64,000 bases of DNA from Acholeplasmataceae bacterium (lineage in GTDB: Bacteria; Bacillota_I; Bacilli_A; Acholeplasmatales; Acholeplasmataceae): positions 768,001-832,000 of the forward strand of contig OY763415.1 of the NCBI GenBank assembly GCA_963667565.1, given 5' to 3'. The notes under the pieces were generated by a model. The model was not told the DNA's origin. It made no database searches and saw only the letters and a list, made by a program, of their open reading frames with translations. Each line of letters opens with the position of its first letter. The stretch's first letter is position 1. Positions 48,292 to 57,438 of this stretch are shown here, in pieces. The position numbers and the translations under genes were made by a program.

Positions 48292-48687
48292 CTAACCTAA
48301 TCTTAAATTAACATTTGGAATCAATATTCCTGATGCGACAGTAAACACAGCATCGTATGCGTGTCCAGCTAAATATCTAGCTGCTTGTGAGGCAATATAT
48401 CCAATTAATGCTGTTACTGCACCTGCTGCAAAAACTGATATTGCTGCCATACCAACTGGCCCTAGAGAAGTAGAGACTAAAAGCCACATTCCTACAGCTA
48501 GTGTTATTTTAGGAGCTAAAAACATTCCTACGACAGCTGTCGTACCACCTCCAGCCATGATACCAGCAACATCCATAATTACATCACGTGATATGATTAT
48601 GTTAATTTGTCCTCCTCCATTCACTTCATACATTTCTTCTTCACTCATGAGTTCCCATGAGTTATCTAATGTCATTGCGTATGTCAT
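48292..48687 (-). CDS. Double-glycine leader bacteriocin-like precursor B
   Basis: Leader MTYAMTLDNSWELMSEEEMYEVNGG followed by a hydrophobic Gly/Ala-rich core of about 106 aa. Confidence 0.85.
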   Translation of the reverse strand: MTYAMTLDNSWELMSEEEMYEVNGGGQINIIISRDVIMDVAGIMAGGGTTAVVGMFLAPKITLAVGMWLLVSTSLGPVGMAAISVFAAGAVTALIGYIASQAARYLAGHAYDAVFTVASGILIPNVNLRLG

Positions 48688-49251
48688 ACTCTTTCACCTC
48701 TTATTCTATCACCTTTTATCTTTATCATAAATCATTTTTTCATATAGATATTACATAAAGTCATTATTGTTAGTGATCAGCTAACTTATATGATACTTCT
48801 GATTGATGATCCCTCCACACCGTAGACCTGTGATGAGCCCCCATAAATCGTATTAACTCACTTGAACATAAACCTCAAGTGTTACTTCATTTTTCTTATT
48901 CTTCTTCTTACTCTTTTTATCAATGAGCATAACTTGATGAACCGGTCCTATTGAATTTAGTTCATTTTTCTTGATGTATGCATTAACATCCCCTATATTT
49001 TGAATACACACATGGTGTTATCTTATAGTTATCGATATATAGATATTGATGATTGCCCTTGGTCGGTTGATTCATCTCAACATAGATATCCATGACTAGT
49101 TTTTGTTTGCCTGTCTCAAAGTTAAGTCTTTTAGTAATGGTTAAGACTTTATCTACCTTAACCTTATCTTTTGAGCTTGCAAATGAAATCATGGATTCTA
49201 TTTTTTCATCGAGTTCATGACTATATATCACACAACTATGTTTCAATAGAT
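48613..49251. repeat. Segmental duplication, copy B (about 640 bp; partner 50087-50755)
   Basis: Near-identical to 50087-50755: gene fragment, intergenic region and leader. Similarity stops at the GG codons. Confidence 0.95.
48853..49251 (-). pseudogene. Pseudogenised copy of the 50325-50795 gene
   Basis: Lacks the first ~13 codons and the RBS; an internal deletion of about 32 nt near 48988 shifts the frame. Confidence 0.88.
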
Positions 49252-49297
49252 GCGGTTATCAAGTTAGTTATTACCAATGTAGCCGTTTTTGTGATAT

Positions 49298-49339
49298 AAA
49301 AAACCTCAAGTATGTCGAAAATGCACTAACTTGAGGTTT
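49298..49339 (-). terminator. Terminator after cassette A
   Basis: AAACCTCAAGT...ACTTGAGGTTT followed by a U-run. Confidence 0.7.
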
Positions 49340-49351
49340 CCAGATATACAA

Positions 49352-49768
49352 TTAAAATATGAAAATTAATATCACAGAAATTACAGTCAGTAATATTGCC
49401 GGTATCATAAGTTTGTTAACAATCTTAAAATCTCTTTCAATATCGATTACATCCATATCATGCTGTTTTCTAATGATTGAATTTAATGTATGGATAAATT
49501 CTATCGCCATAATAACTCCGATTGAAAAGTATGTCCACACCATACTATAGTTAACATCAAGTAACTTAGCAGGATAATAGAAAAAAATTAAATTAAATAG
49601 TGTAACCAACAAATAGAGTAAGTATATCCATAAAATCTTTTTGTGTATAAAGTTTTTCTTAAAAATGTTCTGAAATGCTATATGGAAATGACCTTTGTAA
49701 GATAACCATATAGTAGTAAAAAATGAAATTAATAATGCAAAAATATATAGAACAATTCCTAAATACAT
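49352..49768 (-). CDS. Putative immunity protein A (4 TM, 138 aa)
   Basis: Hydrophobic ORF with a GGAGG RBS directly after precursor A. Confidence 0.6.
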   Translation of the reverse strand: MYLGIVLYIFALLISFFTTIWLSYKGHFHIAFQNIFKKNFIHKKILWIYLLYLLVTLFNLIFFYYPAKLLDVNYSMVWTYFSIGVIMAIEFIHTLNSIIRKQHDMDVIDIERDFKIVNKLMIPAILLTVISVILIFIF

Positions 49769-49789
49769 TTTATCCTCCTATGTTAGATA

Positions 49790-50161
49790 TCAAGGTCCCC
49801 AAACTGAATATAAAGTCACATCAGTTCCAAATACTGTAACACCACCAAAATAATTAGTGACACTTCCGCCAGCTAAAAAGGAAGTCGCTATGATTAACAT
49901 TGTCGCTGCATAATAAATGGCTACTTGAGGTCCAATAACTTTGATTGCCATATCAACAAATGCTTTTGCTCCAAGTGCTGACAGTGCAGAAGCGGTTAAA
50001 CCTGCAGCTCCACCCAGAGGCACACCAACTCCCACTAATGCAATAAATGCTCCTAAAATATTTGTATAGGTAATGGAATCACTCCACCCACCATTTACAT
50101 CATACATTTCTTCTTCACTCATGAGTTCCCATGAGTTATCTAATGTCATTGCGTATGTCAT
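49790..50161 (-). CDS. Double-glycine leader bacteriocin-like precursor A
   Basis: Leader 24/25 identical to precursor B; hydrophobic core of 98 aa unrelated to core B. Confidence 0.85.
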   Translation of the reverse strand: MTYAMTLDNSWELMSEEEMYDVNGGWSDSITYTNILGAFIALVGVGVPLGGAAGLTASALSALGAKAFVDMAIKVIGPQVAIYYAATMLIIATSFLAGGSVTNYFGGVTVFGTDVTLYSVWGP

Positions 50162-50755
50162 ATTCTTTCACCTCTTATTCTATCACGTATTTTCTTTTAT
50201 CTTCAATCATTTTCTCATATAGATGTTACATATAGTCAATATTGTTAGTGATCAGCTAACTTATATGATACTTCTGATTGATGATCCCTCCACGCCATAA
50301 ACTTGTGATGAGTTACCCATAGAATTAACTCACTTGAACGTAAACTTCAAGTGTTACTTCATTTTTCTTATGCTTCTTCTTACTTTTTTTATCAATAGGC
50401 ATAACTTGATGAACTGGTCCTATTGGATTTAGTTCATTTTTTTTGATGTATTCATTAACTTCTCTTGTAGCCATTGAAGCATTTTGTGGATGCCCTTTAT
50501 ATTTTGAATACACACATGGTGTTATCTTATAGTTATCGATATATAGATATTGATGATTGCCTTTAGTTGGTTGATTCATCTCAACATAGATATCCATGAC
50601 TAGTTTTTGTTTGCCTGTTTCAAAGTTAAGTCCTTTTGTAATGGTTAAGACTTTATCTACCTTAACTTTATCTTTTGAGCTTGCAAATGAAATCATGGAT
50701 TCTATTTTTTCATCGAGTTCATGACTATATATCACACAACTATGTTTTAATAGAT
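50087..50755. repeat. Segmental duplication, copy A
   Basis: Partner of 48613-49251. Confidence 0.95.
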
Positions 50756-50795
50756 ATTTAAGTTCTAGTGTTTGACCTACCTCTACAAATGACAT
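50325..50795 (-). CDS. GyrI-like/DUF5085-like small effector-binding protein
   Basis: YSKYKG.P......EVNEYIKKNEL.PIGP...EVYV pattern resembles GyrI-like domains. Confidence 0.55.
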   Translation of the reverse strand: MSFVEVGQTLELKYLLKHSCVIYSHELDEKIESMISFASSKDKVKVDKVLTITKGLNFETGKQKLVMDIYVEMNQPTKGNHQYLYIDNYKITPCVYSKYKGHPQNASMATREVNEYIKKNELNPIGPVHQVMPIDKKSKKKHKKNEVTLEVYVQVS

Positions 50796-50803
50796 GATCT
50801 CAC

Positions 50804-51838
50804 CTACTCAAAGATCCATAGTTCAAGTTTTTCAATCGCCCAGAATAAATATCTTTGTTGATCTACAATCATTCTGCCCTGTACTTGCATACCAATAAGT
50901 ATATCCTCATCTTGGAGTGATGTTTCATTAAGTCTTGCTGTTACGATATAAAATGATTGTCCACTTTGCTGATCAACACGACTATCTGATTCTATTGAAA
51001 TTATTTCAGCACTTGCATACCCATAAGTTCTAGGTGATAATGCTGGAATCTCAACTCTTACATGTTGTCCGACTTCTATTTTTGCGATATCACTATTTAA
51101 TACATAAAACTGCACTTCTAAAGTATCATTTATTTCTTCATATACTCTTAAGAGTTCATAACCTGCTTGAATCGTAGAACCAACTGATACAGGATTTGTA
51201 AAATGAATAACACCAGAGTAGTTTGCATATACTTTGTAATTTGATAATTGATTTTCTAGTTTTGATATCTCGTTTTCATATTGTGTCATGGTAGCGTTCA
51301 TTTGATCCATACTACTTGTAAGTGATGCAATCTTTTCATTTTTAGTACGTTCTTGATCTTCTGAATTTGCATATGCATCTAAATATGCATCCATTTCATA
51401 ATATTTAGTAATCTGTTCAACTACATCTAAAATAAATAAGTTCTCATTATTTTCAACAGACTCTAAATATAGTTCTTCTAAGATAAGATCATCTTGATAG
51501 TTAGATAGTGCATTTGTGTAATTGAGTATATCTGTCTCTATTTCAGATCCGTCAAGTTCTAAGATAAGATCACCTTCTTGAACCGAATCTCCTTCTTTAA
51601 AGTAAATGGCTTCAACTCTACTATTAACAAGTGGTGTTACGATTTGAATGTTTTCTGATTCAACACGACCACTTGCTTGTACAACAATTTCTTTTTCTCC
51701 AAAATAACTCCACACGAGTAATAGAGTTATAAGTGTTAACATAAAATAGAAAAACCACAACATGAATCTTGGGACTTTATGTTCAATGACTTCTCTTGAT
51801 TCGGACAAATCATTAAAATCTATAATTTTACCTCTCAT
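50804..51838 (-). CDS. HlyD-family (LcnD/ComB-like) secretion accessory protein
   Basis: N-terminal TM helix, EGDSV.EGD.I lipoyl-like motif, coiled coil, GM....I. Confidence 0.9.
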   Translation of the reverse strand: MRGKIIDFNDLSESREVIEHKVPRFMLWFFYFMLTLITLLLVWSYFGEKEIVVQASGRVESENIQIVTPLVNSRVEAIYFKEGDSVQEGDLILELDGSEIETDILNYTNALSNYQDDLILEELYLESVENNENLFILDVVEQITKYYEMDAYLDAYANSEDQERTKNEKIASLTSSMDQMNATMTQYENEISKLENQLSNYKVYANYSGVIHFTNPVSVGSTIQAGYELLRVYEEINDTLEVQFYVLNSDIAKIEVGQHVRVEIPALSPRTYGYASAEIISIESDSRVDQQSGQSFYIVTARLNETSLQDEDILIGMQVQGRMIVDQQRYLFWAIEKLELWIFE

Positions 51839-54003
51839 TTGAAATCACCCCCTGTTTGACTCATCCATAATCGATAATATTTTTCTTTTTTATCAATGAG
51901 TTCAAGATGTGATCCAAACTCAACAATTTGTCCACTTTCCATCACTGCAATTTTGTCTGCTCTACGGATTGTGGATAATCTATGTGCAATGACGATTGAT
52001 GTTAAATCTTTATAATCATTTGATAACACATTTGTAATCGCTTCTTCTGTATGTGCATCTAGATTAGAAGTCGCTTCATCTAAGATTAATACACTAGGTT
52101 TTTTAAGAAGTGCTCTAGCAATTGCAAGTCTTTGTTTCTGTCCACCTGATAAATTTGCACCACCTTCAATTAAAGGTGATTTATATTTTTTAGGTAATGC
52201 TTCAATAAAATCATCAATCTTTAATAATTTTGATACGCGTCTCATTTCTTCAAAATCAACTGCTTCTCCACCTAAAAATAAGTTTTCCTCAACACTTCCA
52301 CTAAATAAGAAAACATCTTGAGAAACATATCCAATATGTTTTCTTAAAGATGATCTATCAATAGATTCAATAGGCATTGAATCTACTAAAATTTCACCTT
52401 TTTCTAATGTATATAGATTAAGTAATAGTTTTGCAAGTGTCGTTTTACCACTCCCTGATTCTCCAACAATGGCGATGGTTTCACCCTGTTTGATATCAAG
52501 CGATAATCCATTTAAGACTAGACGTCTTGTCCCATATCTGAAATCTATGTTTTGAATACTGATATCACCTTTGATTTTTTCCGGTTGATATTTCTTATGT
52601 TCATCATCTTCGTATTCTAAATCAAGATCAATAATTTCTGATAAACGTTCAGCTGCAACGACTGCGGTTTGTATCTGCTGTTGCAGTCCAATGAGGTTTT
52701 TAAGTGGACTTAAGAAATAAGCAAGTAATGCATTAAATGTTAAAAGTTGTCCTAAAGTAATCTCTCCACGAATAACCATTAATGCGCCATACCATAAAAT
52801 AAATAATCCACCAAGTGCTTCAACAACACCGATTAAAGATCCTTGTACGTTACCTAAGATTGCGCCTCGTTTACCTATTAAAGTACTTTTAATATATCGA
52901 TGCTCAGTTTCTAACTCTGCATCACGCTCTGCATTAAATGCTTTAATCGTTTCTACACCATGAATACTTTCGATTAAGTATGAACTCACCTTTGCTCCTT
53001 GTTCCATTGATGCTCTTTGTATCTTTTTAATTGGTTTAATAAAACCATAGACCAAAATACCATATAAAATTGCGATGATGACCGTAATCATAAACATGGT
53101 TGGATTTATCGAATATAATATGATTCCCCCAAAAATAACCATAAGGCTATCTAACATAATGGTCAACGCTGCACCAGAAACTGTATCTTTAATCACTCCA
53201 GCATCTTGAAATCTAGATGTGATTTCTCCTATTTGCCTCGTTGAAAAGAACTTAAGTGGTAGTTTAGCCACGTGCCCGTAATATCCAAGCATCAAAGGTA
53301 TATCTAATCTAATCGATAAATACATTAAAAGATGACTTCTAAATGCATTTAAAATAATTCTAAGTAAATATAAACCGACAAACGCAATCGAAACGACATG
53401 TAGTGTACGTTCTAAGCCGTATGGAATAATTTCATCCATTAAAAATTTAAAATAAAAAGAGCTGATGATGCCAAAAATAGTTAAGACAATACTCATCAAA
53501 AATACATTAATCATTAAATGTTTTTGTGGAATAAGCATCTTAAAAAATCTTGTGAAAACGCCCTTCATCTCATTTCTCTTTTCAAAGACTTCTGAAGGTT
53601 TTAATACAATTAAATATCCAGTCCACATGCCTGCAAACTCATCAAATGATAATTTTCTCAATCCTTTAGCTGGATCTGCAATAATCACTTTCTTTTTATC
53701 AATCTTATGAATCACAACATAATGTTGTAAACTATCTTCTGTTAAAACATTTGCAATCGCTGGTAATGGAAATTCAGTTAAGAGATTTTCTCTTGTGCCT
53801 TTGACTGCTTTAGCTGAAAATCCTAATTCCTCAGCTGCTTTTACAAGCCCATAGACATTATTACCATATGAGTCTGTTCCCGCAATGTCTCTAATTTTAG
53901 ATAATTGTAGTTTTTGTCCATATGTTTTACTAATTGTAGCTAGACAAGCAACCCCACAATCCTTTTGATCATGCTGTTTGATACAAATATACTTTTTATG
54001 CAT
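51835..54003 (-). CDS. Peptidase-containing ABC transporter (C39 PCAT) for bacteriocin export
   Basis: QHDQKDCGVAC, HYVV and ADPAKG catalytic residues; TM domain; GESGSGKTT, LSGGQKQR and LDEATS motifs. Confidence 0.96.
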   Translation of the reverse strand: MHKKYICIKQHDQKDCGVACLATISKTYGQKLQLSKIRDIAGTDSYGNNVYGLVKAAEELGFSAKAVKGTRENLLTEFPLPAIANVLTEDSLQHYVVIHKIDKKKVIIADPAKGLRKLSFDEFAGMWTGYLIVLKPSEVFEKRNEMKGVFTRFFKMLIPQKHLMINVFLMSIVLTIFGIISSFYFKFLMDEIIPYGLERTLHVVSIAFVGLYLLRIILNAFRSHLLMYLSIRLDIPLMLGYYGHVAKLPLKFFSTRQIGEITSRFQDAGVIKDTVSGAALTIMLDSLMVIFGGIILYSINPTMFMITVIIAILYGILVYGFIKPIKKIQRASMEQGAKVSSYLIESIHGVETIKAFNAERDAELETEHRYIKSTLIGKRGAILGNVQGSLIGVVEALGGLFILWYGALMVIRGEITLGQLLTFNALLAYFLSPLKNLIGLQQQIQTAVVAAERLSEIIDLDLEYEDDEHKKYQPEKIKGDISIQNIDFRYGTRRLVLNGLSLDIKQGETIAIVGESGSGKTTLAKLLLNLYTLEKGEILVDSMPIESIDRSSLRKHIGYVSQDVFLFSGSVEENLFLGGEAVDFEEMRRVSKLLKIDDFIEALPKKYKSPLIEGGANLSGGQKQRLAIARALLKKPSVLILDEATSNLDAHTEEAITNVLSNDYKDLTSIVIAHRLSTIRRADKIAVMESGQIVEFGSHLELIDKKEKYYRLWMSQTGGDFK

Positions 54004-54018
54004 ACAATCCCTCTTTCT

Positions 54019-54309
54019 TTATACATGTGCGCTTAATTGAGTTTTTATGCATTGAAGCATATCATAACTCCTCATATGATCTTCTTTTTTAAACACGAAT
54101 CTATCCTTTTTTATCACATCTATATTGCTCTTATACCACTCGATAAGTTCTTTTATCACTGTAAGTAACTCATTTCTATTCTTGTCTTCACTCAACTCTA
54201 AAAGCTTATGGGCATTATTTTTTGTAAAGTTGTCTGTTGCATACTCCAATATAGATTCAGATATTGGTTCTTTATACAACAATAAGTAGTTGATGTTTTC
54301 TTTTTCCAT
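54019..54309 (-). CDS. Hypothetical 96-aa soluble helical protein
   Basis: ORF with an AGGAG RBS between the signal-peptide gene and the PCAT gene. Confidence 0.7.
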   Translation of the reverse strand: MEKENINYLLLYKEPISESILEYATDNFTKNNAHKLLELSEDKNRNELLTVIKELIEWYKSNIDVIKKDRFVFKKEDHMRSYDMLQCIKTQLSAHV

Positions 54310-54330
54310 TTATAACTCCTTTTAATTATT

Positions 54331-54468
54331 CTATTGCTTTTTTCCGCTTCCAGGTAACACGTAACTGGGTGCTTTTAACTCTGATGCTGAAACTGTTGTT
54401 GTATTAAAAATTAATAGTGCATTAAATAATACAATAAAAATGATTAGATACGTTATTATTTTTTTCAT
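54331..54468 (-). CDS. Unannotated 45-aa secreted peptide; candidate RRNPP signalling propeptide
   Basis: MKKIITYLIIFIVLFNALLIFNTTTVSA|SELKAPSYVLPGSGKKQ; strong AAGGAGGG RBS; divergent from the HTH-helical regulator. Confidence 0.8.
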   Translation of the reverse strand: MKKIITYLIIFIVLFNALLIFNTTTVSASELKAPSYVLPGSGKKQ

Positions 54469-54556
54469 AGAAACCCTCCTTAGTTTTATGGTATAATAAA
54501 ACATCTAGAGGTTGGCGTGCCGATTTGACCCGTTTTTTTATGGAAGGGAGTCTACT

Positions 54557-55477
54557 ATGAAAATTATTCAAAATATCGCTACTGATATTGACACATTACG
54601 TATCAATAAAGGTTTAACTGTTTCTGAACTATGTTTCGAAATTTGTGATGAAAGTGCCTATAGAAAATATAAAACAGGTAAGCGAAATATTTCGATAGAT
54701 AAAATTAATTTATTTTGTAATCGTTTAGGTATTGGTCTAGATGAATTTTTATATAATTTAGTAACTAAAAACTCATTTGAATATGAGAGAATACAAAATT
54801 TATATTATGCACTTCAAGATAAAGATTTTGTATATATTAAAAAATCTCTTCCACACATTAATGTAAAAGAGATTAGTTCGGAAAAAAATCATATATTATT
54901 TAATTTTATTTTATATTCTTATCAGTATGAAACTAAAATCATAACTAAGACTGAATATTATTCTATGTTATCAGACTTATTACCTGTTCATAATGGATTT
55001 TATACTTTTAACGATATCTTAATTTTAGATAAACTGGCATGGCTTGAAATAGGCATTAAAGAATCAAAATCTTTAAAAGATCTACAAGCAATTTTACTTG
55101 ATACCAAAAAACTATATACTATAAGTGATAATCATATTACAATTGCTACTATTTTTGCGAGTGTATCTAATTTATTAACTAAATCAAAAGAATCATCTTA
55201 TGCAATGAAAATTTGTGAAACTGGTATAAATTATTGTAAAAAATATAGTATTACTGAAAATATTCATCACTTATATTATCTATTAGCATACAATCAATTC
55301 CGAGATAACAAAAAAGAAAATGCTATGGAAAATCTATCTATTGTTATTTCCATAGTTTTTTCAATGCAAGATAAAAAAGAATTCATGTATTTTATATCTT
55401 TAATTACTAAAGAATTTAATATGACAAAAACCATGGTTTATCAGATGCATCAATTATCATTGGAAAATTACTTATAA
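54557..55477 (+). CDS. RRNPP/Rgg/PlcR-like regulator (XRE HTH plus TPR-like helical domain)
   Basis: LRINKGLTVSELC..IC.ES.Y.KY..G....S HTH; A..IC..GI.YC......E...LYY.LA TPR-like segment; start MKIIQN after GGGAG; extended -10 TGnTATAAT at 54489-54497. Confidence 0.85.
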   Translation: MKIIQNIATDIDTLRINKGLTVSELCFEICDESAYRKYKTGKRNISIDKINLFCNRLGIGLDEFLYNLVTKNSFEYERIQNLYYALQDKDFVYIKKSLPHINVKEISSEKNHILFNFILYSYQYETKIITKTEYYSMLSDLLPVHNGFYTFNDILILDKLAWLEIGIKESKSLKDLQAILLDTKKLYTISDNHITIATIFASVSNLLTKSKESSYAMKICETGINYCKKYSITENIHHLYYLLAYNQFRDNKKENAMENLSIVISIVFSMQDKKEFMYFISLITKEFNMTKTMVYQMHQLSLENYL

Positions 55478-55492
55478 GATGTTAATAATAAA

Positions 55493-55514
55493 TTGTCATT
55501 ACGGAGTATTACTC
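55493..55514 (+). repeat. Distant copy of the 47858 motif
   Basis: TTGTCATTACGGAGT is identical over 15 bp, and 20/22 when extended. Confidence 0.8.
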
Positions 55515-55759
55515 ATTTTCTTCTTTGAAAAAGTAGTTGTTAATGATAGAAACGATATCGAGATGATTTTGAACCCATTTAAAACTGAAAACAATAAAGT
55601 CATATACTCATTCCCAGAAATTATTACACCATTCAAGATTAGAAAAACCCTATTTGAGACAACGAGTAAAATAACATGTAAATAACTTAAAATGTACACA
55701 TTTAATTGGATAGGAGATTGAGATCATCAAAATGATGGTCTTTTTCTTACTTTTTAGAC

Positions 55760-55822
55760 AAAGTTCAAATCCCCTCGGGTCCTCAAAAAACCCCCATTTT
55801 TGCCAAAAGTTCAAATCCCCTC
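55760..55822 (+). repeat. 17-bp direct repeat AAAGTTCAAATCCCCTC (two copies)
   Basis: Copies at 55760-55776 and 55806-55822. Confidence 0.85.
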
Positions 55823-55988
55823 TCGAGAAAGTATATTTTCCACTATATTTAAACATAAAAAAAGGGTGAAACCAATGAAAAATCACTGATTTTACCCTAA
55901 AATATACGAAAAGTTTCTTTGTATAAAATCGCATTTAACGTCTCTATTAAGACGTTAAACGATAAAAAGCAACTTGGTATAATCAACC

Positions 55989-56077
55989 TGGCGGAGGAAA
56001 GGGGATTCGAACCCCTGCACCATCTCTGATCTACAAGCTTTCCAAGCCTGCCTCTTCAGCCACTTGAGTATTCCTCC
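55989..56077 (-). tRNA. tRNA-Ser(GGA)
   Basis: Long variable arm, anticodon arm CAGGC-TTGGAAA-GCTTG, GTTCGAATCC, CCA. Confidence 0.96.
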
Positions 56078-56079
56078 AC

Positions 56080-56156
56080 TGGCGCACTCAACATGAATTG
56101 AACATGTGACCTCAGTCTCCGGAGGACTGCGCTCTATCCAACTGAGCTATGAGTGC
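56080..56156 (-). tRNA. tRNA-Arg(CCG)
   Basis: Anticodon arm CAGTC-CTCCGGA-GACTG, D-loop TAGCTCAGTTGGATAGAGC, CCA. Confidence 0.95.
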
Positions 56157-56694
56157 ATGACATTATTTTAACATAAATTCGAATTACAGTTGCTTTCTAT
56201 ATGCTAATAAACAAAAAATATCACTTTTCATATTTGTATTATTACTTAAAGAATTAATTATTTATTTTAGTTCTTGATGACATTAATTAATCATCTAACA
56301 GCAATGATATTTATATATATGCATAAATTAATATACAAAATGGTATAATAAATTATAGAAAAAATTATGGATACATTTAATTTAATATTGCAATGAATAA
56401 CCTGTGAAAAATCGATATAGAATTTTCTTAAACATGTAACAATTATTTAAGAGATATTTGCATTTGATTTTAAATAGGTATGCTCTCATCTAAGTCTTTT
56501 CTTTATGCATTTGCATTAAGTTAGTAATAGCATGAATTCATATGCTGGTTTATTTTAAGTAACATAAAAAAATGAATTTTTTTCAAATCAAAGTCCATTA
56601 ATATCTTTCGCAAATATTGAAACTCTCTCTAATGTTGGTTCTACTTTAAAAATTCATATAGGATCAACAACAGAACCTTACTTTGGAGGCTATC

Positions 56695-57438
56695 ATGCAA
56701 CAAAGAACGTTTAATCGTTTTGAAAAAAAATATTTAATTACAGATGAGCAAAAAAACGTGATTCTAAAAACTATTGAATCAAATCTTCTATATGATCAAA
56801 ATATTGTCGATAAAAAACCATATCAAATTTATAATCTTTACTATGATACTGAAGATTATGAATTTATAAGATACTCTTTATCTAAACCTCAATATAAGGA
56901 TAAAGTAAGATTAAGATCTTATCATTATCCTTTGGAGGATCAAGATCTTGTCTTTTTAGAAATCAAAAAAAAATTTGAAGGTAGAGTTAATAAACGAAGA
57001 ATAGTGTTAACTTATAGTGAATTCAAGAAATTCTTAACGCATGAAGTTGAACCTGCACAAGATGATTATTTAAATCAACAAGTATTTCAAGAAATTGATT
57101 ATTTATTAAAAAAGAGTACATTAAAACCTAAAGCATATATCGCATATGAGCGTTTAGCACTTCATAATGAAGATGATAGTCTAAGAGTAACATTTGATCA
57201 AAATATCAGATATCGCAAAGATGACATCACTTTTGATCAAGATCAAGCTGCACCCATTCTAGATGATCAAACCTTATGGCTTATGGAAATTAAATGTAAT
57301 CAAAATTTTCCTTTGTGGTTAACTAAATTATTATCACAAAACCAAATCTATGCACAAAGCTTTTCAAAATATGGTAAGGCTTATCAAAAATTTATAACAG
57401 GAGAAACCTATGAACACATTACTATCCCTCACACTTGA
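56695..57438 (+). CDS. VTC (polyphosphate polymerase-like) domain protein
   Basis: RFEKKYLI, YYDT, KVRLRSY, FLEIKKK...V.KRR, R.TFD and FSKY motifs; start after GGAGG. Confidence 0.9.
   Translation: MQQRTFNRFEKKYLITDEQKNVILKTIESNLLYDQNIVDKKPYQIYNLYYDTEDYEFIRYSLSKPQYKDKVRLRSYHYPLEDQDLVFLEIKKKFEGRVNKRRIVLTYSEFKKFLTHEVEPAQDDYLNQQVFQEIDYLLKKSTLKPKAYIAYERLALHNEDDSLRVTFDQNIRYRKDDITFDQDQAAPILDDQTLWLMEIKCNQNFPLWLTKLLSQNQIYAQSFSKYGKAYQKFITGETYEHITIPHT

Noticed and set aside
48983..49246. 87-aa ORF as an intact gene
   Set aside because: It is the truncated, frameshifted copy of 50325-50795.
48292..50161. Lanthipeptide or circular bacteriocin interpretation
   Set aside because: Cores have no Cys, no modification or circularisation genes are present, and the leaders are of the GG/PCAT type.
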